Source: Ophelia neglecta
Taxonomy: Eukaryota
Assembly (NCBI GenBank): GCA_965285935.1
Contig: OZ260662.1
Span: forward strand, 31,806,001 to 31,870,000
Reading direction: 5' to 3'
Length of the DNA stretch: 64,000 nucleotides
Below, piece after piece: positions 25,401 to 35,400 of the stretch (position 1 is the stretch's first letter; the number at the start of each line of letters is the position of its first letter). A program made the translations under genes and the position numbers. The notes under the pieces were generated by a model. The model was given only the letters and a program-made list of their open reading frames with translations, was not told the origin of the DNA and ran no database searches.

Positions 25401-27775
25401 GATTCATAGATATTTATATATAGTTCCTGACTTCAAACATGACGTTAAATAGTACAAATTTAGATTTGTTTTCGGACAATCTTACTATCCGACAAAAATG
25501 TACAGAACCATGCTTACCTTGATTACAGAATACTTTCTCAATAAAGCCCTTCAGCTTGTAGTTACAGAACTAAATACCCTGTTTCAATTTATTAATCTAG
25601 GGCAAAGTGGCTAACTTACCTCAAAGTTAGATGCTGGGATTGTATTTGTTACCCTGAAGGAATAAGTCAAAATTGCTCTGCTGATATTTAAGGGAGATCC
25701 GAACCCGAGGTATGATCCCAAAATCGACTAAAACAGATTATAAAACAGTTGTTATATTATTATTGAGCTCTGGGAGGGACGTAATATTATAAGGGGGCTT
25801 CAACTTTGATAGCCAACTCCTAAAATGTAATAATAAATTATGTCACTCTCCAATTTCGAGTGTGACATAAGGGTTATTAATCATTTCATAACATACGTTA
25901 TTCTTATGCGGACATCTTTTTACTTACATTGCTACCAAATGGAAAAAATGGCGGATGCCACCCACCAACCTCAAGGCGAATAGGCAATTCCATACTATTA
26001 CAAAATACTATATACATTGTACCTTCATTAATATTTACTAATAATCGATTGCATGCCAACAGGTGATTATATTACAATTAATGATAGGCTTCATTTTTAG
26101 ATTTGATCAAATCGTATTGATTTGTGTTGCATTATATATAGTAATGTGACAAGCTACAGCGGCAAGCTATGTTCAAAGATAGCCTTTATTAGTAATATGG
26201 ATGAAAACATGATTCATTGATAACAACTTCCCTAGACTGTGTTAAGTAAAGGCCGGTTCACACTGCCCAAAAGTCGCGTAAACGCATGAATCACGCACAA
26301 ATTTCGAGTCTTACGCGATACATCCGTGATTTGCGCATTTCATCAGTTTTTCTGACGTGGAGCCTCCGTGGTTGTCCGTCGATGTTTGCGGGATGGGTGC
26401 TTTACGCGATTCCCAGTTTTGAACAGCTCAAAACTCGTTTTCACGTAAGAGTTTACGCAGTATTGCGCTGTTTTACGTTATTTTTGCGTAGTTTGCGTAG
26501 CTCTTGCGCGGACAATGCGTAAAATATGCGTGGAATATCAGTGATCGTTCGCGAAACTGTTGCCGCAATCGCGTTCATCGACGACTTTCCACTGATGATT
26601 AGCAGACATATGACGCATGTTTAGCGCATGTTTAGCGCTTGTAACACCTACGTATCACTGAAAATCACTGAACAAAAAAATAAATGGCGTATGTATCTCT
26701 AACAGAACACGTCAATAAGCGCATGCACCACTTATGAAATACTGATGCATCACTGATGTATCACTAACAACTCACGTATGATTGGCGCTATATAAAAGCT
26801 GTTTTTTTTCAAGTCCATGGGGGAGGGCTCGGGGACCTCGGGGACCTGGCGACCCCGTCATTCGCAGAGGCATCCCCTGGAGCAGGCATACCTACTGGAG
26901 GGTCTCCTTGACCAACCACCTCATGATCAGAAGACACAGCATCACCAGGCACATGTTCTATAGGAGGAGCAGTTGGGACCTTCCTCTTTTTTTTTTCCCA
27001 CACACCTTCTTTGGACTGGTCCTGGTCGGCTGACGGCCTTTCTTGGGAGGCATGGTCAGGGTTATAAGTATGAATCGGATGAAGAAGAAATCCTGGATAA
27101 GAGTGCTGCTTGCGACTTGAACGGGAATGCCAAGACGCTGCGATCGCATCATTTATATATGCACGGAACGGACGCAACTGAGTGCGATGCCGTGAATTCT
27201 TAGCGCAGTTCATGCGCGAATCATGCGTGATTCATGCGCAATTCATACGTAGTTCAGTAGTGATAGTGCGCAGATTATGCGTGGTTTTCCGTTGAGCTTA
27301 CGTCGCGCACAACCACGTACTCTCTTTGTTTGGGGCCTTTGCGTGTCTATGCGCTGACGTGCGTGGTTTGTTAGTGATTTGTGCGTGATCTTTCCGTAGT
27401 TCTTGCGCCATTCATCGGTGATATTTTTTATCGCGTACATCAGCGAAAATGATCAAATTCTCGACGGACAAGCACGCACAACCAAATTTTTATGCGTGAT
27501 TCATGCGTTTACGCGACTTTTTGGCAGTGTGAACCGGCCTTAAGAGTCCATAGATAACTACTGTTGAAGAGACTTTACTAGATCTAGATCATATATAGAA
27601 GTTGCACTTGAAATTTATAGCTAAAGAAGATATAGCTCACAATGTCATCCACGACTTTAAACATTCCAATGACCACGGCGGATTTAACCGGGCTACTAAT
27701 TCCTTCCGGTAGCGGTTTATACAACCTGTATCCGTAAGCCAAAATAAGAAAACTTATGACGTACATAGCCTTCAT
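22416..27775 (-). CDS. Arylacetamide deacetylase / neutral cholesterol ester hydrolase-like carboxylesterase (HSL family), 400 aa. Exons 27775-27641, 25727-25620, 25352-25229, 23962-23899, 23749-23628, 23065-22416
   Basis: Phase-consistent exons totalling 1203 nt. N-terminal signal anchor, HGGGW oxyanion motif, SVDYRLAPEH, GDSAGG nucleophile, EHDVLRDDG acid residue and FH catalytic His. Confidence 0.93.
23115..23460. mobile_element. Degraded MITE apparently related to 37124-37512
   Basis: Shares tgtttccta...taggtaggta at the left and taggta.ggt..cgggaaac.aatattttttt at the right; TIRs eroded. Confidence 0.4.
26250..27540. mobile_element. Internally deleted PIF/Harbinger-like DNA transposon, 1291 bp, in esterase intron 1
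   Basis: About 48-bp near-perfect TIR aggccggttcacactgcc(c)aaaagtcgcgtaaacgcatgaatcacgca; 3-bp TSD TAA (26247-26249, 27541-27543); CpG-rich interior. Confidence 0.88.
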
Positions 27776-27906
27776 GGCTGGCTGTTCGAAGTTGCCTCTT
27801 GTTCACTGAAAGTTTAAACTGTACTGTCGTTCTTAGTCTATACCACGCTCCAAACCACTAAAACAAGAGTCACTATGATAGTGTTAACTGATATTATCGC
27901 CAGTTA

Positions 27907-29026
27907 GGGACGGACCATTTGATATCCAGGGGGGGGGGAGGGGGGGGGGGCGACAAAAGTATGTGCTACTCAGAAAATTTATTTTCACCCAAATCCCAGA
28001 CAGAACTTTTTTTTCACCCAAGTCACAGACAAAAAAATTTTTTTCACATTATTTGCTCTCTGTGGAGGAGATTAAAAATGAAACTCAGCATTATATCAAA
28101 GACTCAATACCAACCAACCTGTCCAAGCTGGAGAGGGATTATAGGGACATTTTCCTTCTGATTCAAGACTCTGTGAATCCAACAGATAAACTTGGGAAAC
28201 ATCAACGCCTACAGGAGCTGTGCGATAGCCTAAAAGAATTAATGCAAGCTATCACAGAAGAAATCTCAAAATGCGAATCCAAAATTTGTTTGGTCAAAGA
28301 GAAATCCGGAAGGAAGGAGGAAGAAGCATTCTGGGGTAAACAACGAGGGAAAGCCCAGAATGTTCACTCTGTAATTAGTAAGAAGTATGATAGGGTGAAT
28401 GAGGTGCTCCAAACATTTGATGACTCATTAGGGGACACTAAAGTAAAAAAAAGTAACTTTTCGAAGACTAATGAAAAGCAAGAAAAAGAGTGAAAGACGT
28501 ACAGTAGCACAAAAAAACTTGTTGGCCTATTTTGAAGATAAAAACAAGCCAGCACCCCATATTTCCTGCAGGGAAAGGTATTTTTACTTGTAGCTAAAAT
28601 CATGATATTCCTATTGCACATATCCCAGATTGCCAAGACACTATGTAATGTGCCATGTCTGTATGTATGTTCCGATTGTATATATCCCAGATTGGCAAGA
28701 TATGCCAGTTACTCAGTATTGTGCCAAGTTTGTATTTATTTCATTAAATTATTCAAGTTAAAGTTCATCTATGTTTGTGTAATTGTTTGTTCAAATACTG
28801 AAATCATAAATGCCCTCTTTAATACGCACACAACATCTGTTTAAGGATTGTCAGAAAAAAAAATTCTTGGGTCTCTCAGAATTTTTTTTTCCCCACATAT
28901 CTTAATCAGAATATTTTTTTTTTACCTACTCGTAGACAGAAGATTTATTTCAAGCAAATCTCATACAGATTTTTTTTTCTTTTTTTTGTCGCCCCCCTCC
29001 CCCCTGGATATCAAATGGTCCGTCCC
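27907..29026. mobile_element. TIR element (PIF/Harbinger-type, TTA TSD), 1120 bp, carrying a coding fragment
   Basis: TIR gggacggaccatttgatatccaggggg / cccctggatatcaaatggtccgtccc; TTA at 27904-27906 and 29027-29029; subterminal ttttcacccaa.tc.cagac repeats; internal ORF to 28493. Confidence 0.88.
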
Positions 29027-29303
29027 TTAGGTAAAGTTCTGCGCTCTATTTCAGCATGTATAGTCACTTGAAATCTATAGTTCAATGTTTAATAACGGTT
29101 AAGCCGTTGTCATTTTTATAGGCCAATAGGCTTGTAGTTATCTCTATACAAATACGAACTTCATGGTGCGCCCAACGTCCCCGCCGACATTAGTCGGTGA
29201 AAACTATATCTATTGGATCCTTTAAAAATGGGACTGGGCAGAATTTAGTCGCCGGATTGAAGGGAGTACGTTTACGGCGTCCACAGATTCGCCCTACGAG
29301 GCT

Positions 29304-29403
29304 TAGGCTGTCGTTATCCGGAACGGCCCTGACAGTACTACCAATAAGCGAGCGCTTATTGGTAATACACAGCACAGGGGCCGTACCAGATAACGACAGC
29401 CTA
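29304..29403. repeat. 100-bp imperfect hairpin, possibly a mini-MITE with TA flanks
   Basis: Outer arms taggctgtcgttatc.gg.acggccc / gggccgt.cc.gataacgacagccta; inner arms taccaataagcg / cgcttattggta. Confidence 0.8.
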
Positions 29404-29557
29404 TGTTTCCTTGGGCTCTGAAAGTACACACCAAAGACAAAATATAGGTCATCAGTATTTTAAGACAAGAGGAGTTCGGCGTTATGAACCAGGTAATCGA
29501 GACCGGATCACTGGTATATTTAAATTTGTAGAAGGGCGGATTTATATTGTGTTTCAC

Positions 29558-29780
29558 GACAGGGGACTCCGGAGCTGGGGTTTATAGCCAGGGTTATTTA
29601 AAGGAATCCCGGGGGACCTACCAGACAGGGGACTCCCGAGCTGGGGTTTTAACACAGGGTTGTTAAATGGAATAGAGGGAGGCGGGGGGGGGGGGGTTGG
29701 AGGTCTTCAAATAAGGGGATTCCCGAGCTGGGATTCATATAGTCAGGTTTGGTAAAGGAGTTCGGGGGGACCTTCATATA
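29558..29780 (+). repeat. Degenerate G-rich minisatellite, three copies of a unit of about 66 bp
   Basis: aggggact/ttcc.gagctggg.ttt...cagg.tt...aa.gga recurs at about 29558, 29624 and 29712. Confidence 0.7.
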
Positions 29781-30179
29781 GGCCTAAGGGGTACCCCTCT
29801 ACTTAGAATTTTCATCACATGGACACACTCCTGCAATAATTCAACTAATTCCCACAGGCGCTTAGGCCTAAATTGCCGCCTAGACATGCTGCAGTTTATA
29901 TAGGCCCTCTTGTGTTTATAGGCCTAGGAGAGACCGGGGGTGGTAGTAGGCTTAACTGTTGCTATGTATCTGTAAAGCTATTGATACACAATTAACGTTA
30001 CGCATCGTAATGTTTTTAATATGCGATGGTAACGATAATTATTAGGCCCTATGATACGTTGGCATAAATATAGTGCAAAGCTGTGTTGGGTGGTTTTATG
30101 CTTATTTTGCCAATGGCAATTCATTCATTTCAGTCATATAGTCCTTTAATACATGTCTATATAAGATCATTGTAAAATT

Positions 30180-30960
30180 GAAATCGAGAGGCACATTGCT
30201 TATCACGTACCGCAACACTGCAATGTGGCCAGATCAGCATGAATGGAAATCGTTGGTTAAGGAGGCCTGCAGACGCGACTTCAACCGCTGGATTACAGAC
30301 GGTTTATCCGACCCTGATCTGCATCACTACAGGCAGATGGGAGATGACCCCTGCGCTACCCATAGGATATGGACAGTTGCCACCAAATTCCCTGAGCTCA
30401 GAGAACGATTTTCCGACTTGGCCAACATTGCCAGTAAAAGCCGCCCCGAATTAGCTGTCTGCCAGTTCTGCGATGTTCCCCTCTCCCAAGATGTCGTTAC
30501 ACACTTTATTTGCAGCTGCCCACATTTCTATGATGTCAGAGATCTGTTTCGTATGCGGTTTTCGACGAAATCGAGCCCAGACTCGCGGTATTTTTATTTA
30601 ACTTGCCTGATAGAGACTTTGTGAACATTATTCTAGGCAAAACTCCTGCACCACCTGAATACTGCCAACATGTAGATGCCGACTTGGTACTGGCCTTGTC
30701 TGCCAAATTCTGGGGCAGACTCCATCAGAGCTTCCAAGCCAACTTAATACATATTAATATACATAATATATAATACATAATTATATATATATAGATACCT
30801 TATAACTTGTTGACGTTATTGCGGCCTTCCCACGGACTATGGTATTGAAATTCGTCGTATATAGGCCTATTATCGTTTAGGCCTAAACTTGCAAATTATT
30901 TACTGTACATGCTCCTCTGACATAGGCCTATAGGGAAATAAAGATTATAATATAATAATC
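30180..30960 (+). mobile_element. 5'-truncated LINE 3' end (C-terminal CCHC region of ORF2 plus 3' UTR)
   Basis: WKSLVKEA...CQFCDVPLSQDVVTHFICSCPHFYDVRDLF zinc-finger pattern, then aataaa and an AT-rich tail near 30936-30960. Confidence 0.75.
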
Positions 30961-31021
30961 ACACAACGAACTCTGGAGCAAAGCTTTCAAGTGTTACAGT
31001 AACGCAGAATCAAAGTTTGGT

Positions 31022-31450
31022 CATTTTGCCTCCTTTCATGGCGCCCGAGGCTTTACGTTTTCGGGTTATCCCGGGGTCCGGCGTCCGGTGTCCACCGTTC
31101 CGTTTCCGTCCTGACATTTATGCAAAAGCAATATGTAAATAAAAGCGTAATAAATAAATGGAATTTCTAGAAACTATAATGACTAATATAGTACATGCAT
31201 ATAGGCCTAATGGACTGATAAGATTTTGGTCACGATTGGGAAAATCATATGGCCGCAACGGCTATGGCTTAAACAGACCTATTTGTCTCGCGTAACGGGT
31301 GTAGGTCTATAGAATATAGGGAATCCATGCAACGTTGTAAACACTTAACGGTGTAAGATAAGGATTTGAAATGTATTGACCACCAATAGGAAGTCGTATA
31401 TGGTTGCGATTAGTCCACTCTTTTTATTGTTCACTTGTAATACCTCGGCA
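31022..31450 (+). mobile_element. Possible Helentron-associated interspersed element (HINE/DINE-like) fragment
   Basis: T-rich start, short inverted motif (gcctc...gaggc) and a degenerate (gtcc)n microsatellite, the usual HINE 5' layout. The 3' end was not identified. Confidence 0.35.
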
Positions 31451-32397
31451 CATAAGAACATCAGAGCGCCTGCTGATAGTCGTGGACTAAAAGACGGTAC
31501 AAAATAACATAATTGGTCAATATTTGGAACTCATAACAAACTAAACGAAGTTATAAAGTCTACACATTTGCACTGTAAATGACTAGCGCAAGATATCGCA
31601 TCTCACCTCAAATTCACCAGTTTGCAGAAAATATAACTAACTACGAAGTAAATTAATTATATTCACTTTAAGTGCTTTCTTTCGTAGTTTGTTTAGACTC
31701 ACATGCACACAGTCTTAATTCATCCAAATAACCAGTAAGCACTTAATATAGGTCTAGGCCTTATTGTAAGCAATATTTTACTCTTAATCGATATTTAAGA
31801 CTACTTTGTTAAATCATATCAAAATTAAGTTTGAGGCGAACAGCTACTCCATATAAATAAGCTGCTGAAAATCACCCCATATAAGCACAAAACAATATAG
31901 CCCCAATAACTGCTCCCATAAAGTTTGCCTAACAAGTCATGTCGGATACCCGGGTCATATTGATACAAATTGTGTCAACTTGCCACTATACCTCCCATTT
32001 GCAACCAAAATAAAATGCATTCACTCTTATTCAAAGCTATTTTCAGTGTTATAGCAATCTTTACTGGTTGAAACTGCATATATATAGGCTATAGTGCAAT
32101 TTATATAGGCCTCCTAGCTAAATATTGGCTGCAAAAAAAGGTTTTCATTCGGTCCTAGCTCCTTGTGTAGTCCAAATATTTAAAATTGTCTTTGGCGTTG
32201 TTATGCGTACACAGAGTATACAACTGATCCTGATGATGGCGTACCCGGGTATATCTTTCTGTTTTTATCTACGAGATACCCTTACCACCTTAATACCATC
32301 TAAATATCCCTATCTCCCCTACACGAGACACGACGGCAATGGAGTAGTATCAAGTGAGCTCTACTAATCGTACGGATTGTCATCTAGGTAAAAATGA

Positions 32398-32421
32398 TCA
32401 CATGATGCTGAAATCACATGA
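32398..32421. promoter_or_regulatory. Two M-box/CLEAR-like E-boxes (TCACATGA) just upstream of the S28 peptidase start
   Basis: TCACATGA at 32398-32405 and 32414-32421, within 40 bp of ATG 32434. The reverse complement TCATGTGA is the MiT/TFE M-box. Confidence 0.6.
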
Positions 32422-32433
32422 CAGTCATACGAA

Positions 32434-35400
32434 ATGGCCGGTTGGCCCTTGTTAACTTTCCTTGTTTTGCAATTTTGGTTAAATTTTAGCTACTTAGAAT
32501 GCGGCATTCCTCGCATATTACGTGGTAGACCTCGTGGGGGGTTGCTTGGGATACCTGCAGCCGATGACACCGCTAAACTCCCACCGGACCAATGGGTTGA
32601 TCAAAGACTGGATCACTTCAACCCGGCCGACACACGGACATGGAAACAGGTTGTTGCACTAGGCGGGCCCGTGGGTGGGCGGGGTGGTAGGCTACTTCAT
32701 ACATTCATAGATAGGTGTGCTCAAGGAGGGTTGAAAACGGTGGTCATTATAATAGAAAGTCGGGCATAGATCGTATTGTATTAAGTTGAAAATGTGTCAT
32801 GGGAAAAGCCTTTATCGATTTTAAAACGGTCTAAATATACTATATTATAAGTACCAAACATAATAATCAGGTTATTTTGACAAAATTAATAGTTTTAAGA
32901 GGTTATTCCGGGTTATTTCGCTATTTCAAAGGTTACTCCGGTGTTTCGCTTGACCCATATATTATATCATATATCAAGGACCAAATGATATAGACTCTTG
33001 TGATAGGCCACAGGTGCTAGTGTCAATGCTACCCACTGTGTATAAGAGCTCTTATACACAGTGGGTAGCATTGACACTAGCACCTGTGTGATAGGCAAAC
33101 AACTGTGATGATCCATTTGATAACAGTATTGTGAAAAAGGGACCCATTGATAGCATTATTGTGAAAAAGATATCATTTGTTTGAAGAACAAAAATTAACT
33201 GTTTTAGAGTAAGGTAAATACTTTCATGGGAAATTTATCAATCAGTTCACACTAATATTAAACCTGATCATATGAAATGGGAACTAATTGGGCAACAGTT
33301 TTTGATTTTAGACAAGTTTTCAGTATTGAAGAAAAAATAATCATACTTTGAGAATTGGAATTTTCATATGTGGACATACATAATGAATTGTCCCTTAGGT
33401 AAAAAAATGCATGAATTACTCAGCAATAATTCTACTCTTCAATTTTAAATTCCAGCGTTACTTTGTGAATGACACATTTTACAAAGCTGGTGGTCCTGTT
33501 TTTCTGATGATAGGAGGAGAGGGCACAGCTAACCCTATTTGGATGGTAGCTGGCCAGTGGATAAAATATGCCCAGTATTACAATGCACTTTGCCTGATGC
33601 TGGAACATAGATACTATGGAAAGAGTCATCCAACCCAGTAAGTTTAGAAGTTTTCTGCATTTTTATCATGCACATATAATGCTATAAGACTAATGTTATT
33701 TTCAATTTTACGAGATGTACATTTATAATTTTCTAAATATTTAGTTAAAATTATTATTATTTAGGATAGAAAAGTGCTTAAGCCTTAATTAAGTAGTCCC
33801 TGTGATGTAAATATACAAGAAAACCCAAGTTTGAATAGGCACATATTATTAATTAACCTCACATACCTGGAGCAGTCAGTCAGAATTCTTTCTACTAACT
33901 AAAGCTTTAAAAAATCAACCCACTGTGGGCATGTTCTAGTACATATTTTTTAAGTGACTAGAAGGCGGTGTTGACTTGTTTGGAACATCTAGCAGAAAAA
34001 TCATTTGGTGGCGTGGAAAATTCCTTAATTTCAGCGGTGGTAACCATCCAAACTACTCTAAATGGGTGTTTTGGCAATAGTGAAAGGCAATACATGTCTA
34101 TTTGTTTCAAAAAGTATTCCATCAATTTTATATTATTTTATGAAGCAAAACACTGGCTCATTTGAATGATATAAGGCAGTTTGGTACATTTCGGGAAAAA
34201 ATTGATGGTAAATTACTACATATTTAACATCAGTAGACACATTTAAATTTACACTGGTTTACAGAAGTATCCTACCATGTTTGAAGTGTTATAATGAAAT
34301 GCATCCCTTTCAGAACTTTTGATCCTATTCTATAGTCGGCATGTCCTAATTTAGAATTTATTGTACATTTGAAGGGACCTATCAACAGAAAACTTGGCCT
34401 ACCTAAGTAGTGAACAAGCCTTAGAAGATCTGGCCTATTACAGAAACGCTATGGTAGGAAAAATGAATCTCAGTGATGCAAAATGGATCGCTTTTGGTGG
34501 CTCCTATCCAGGTTGGTTATATTTTTTTGGAAAGATTCTACAGTCTTCTTTAAAAAAGTATCTAAAAGATAGAATGTTTACTTTATGAAATGTTCAAATA
34601 AATTGTAGAAGAACTAAAATTTGTGGAAAACAAAATGAATATGGCGATATTAAAAAAAATACAACTTTGGAGGGCCACATGGACAAATTTGAAACTGAAA
34701 TATTTGAATTCCAAATACTGATTTGGGTGGCAGGGACTTTGCTAAGGCAGATAACCGATGTGTCTATTTTACATGTCTGTCAACGTCAACAGGAGAGCGC
34801 TTGTCCATTTTAAGGTTAAAAATTAACATGGAGACTGAGTTTAAATTGTTTCTCTCGTGTGCCTCTCTGTGCAAGCAAAACATGTACCAAAGTCATCATC
34901 ACATTTCTCTCAAAAGAATAATGCTACTTTTTCTTCAGTCTGACTGGATATGTTTGAGATAATATATCCTATTAACCGTAACATATTTGTACATTAGATA
35001 TTGTTGTAAGAAATAGGCATAGATATGTCTAATTTTCTAAAAAAAATAGGCCCATTACTTTTTAAAAAAAATATAACAAATGTGGTATCATCAGTATACA
35101 TGTTGTTATTCCAGGTTCGTTGGCTACTTGGATAAGACTGAAATACCCTCATCTGATAGATGGATCTGTAGCCACAAGTGCACCGCTATTTGCCAAAATA
35201 GACTTCTTTGGTAATGATGTACAGTTTATTATTATCTGTGTGTGCATATTAACTTGTAAACTAAATGTATTACGGTATGTTATATGAGTGACTGGCTTCC
35301 ATCTAGTAAAGATAATTCATATTCAAAAGGCCTGGACTTTCAAAAGGCCTGAACTTAAAAAATTAATAACAATACATCATTTTTTTGGTTTGTTCATGTA

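Noticed and set aside
33037-33060. 12-nt match to the Tn5/Nextera mosaic end (TGTGTATAAGAG and its complement), suggesting adapter contamination
   Set aside because: Only 12 of 19 nt match, the arrangement is opposite to the mate-pair junction adapter, and the palindrome extends to 40-bp arms with an 8-bp TSD.
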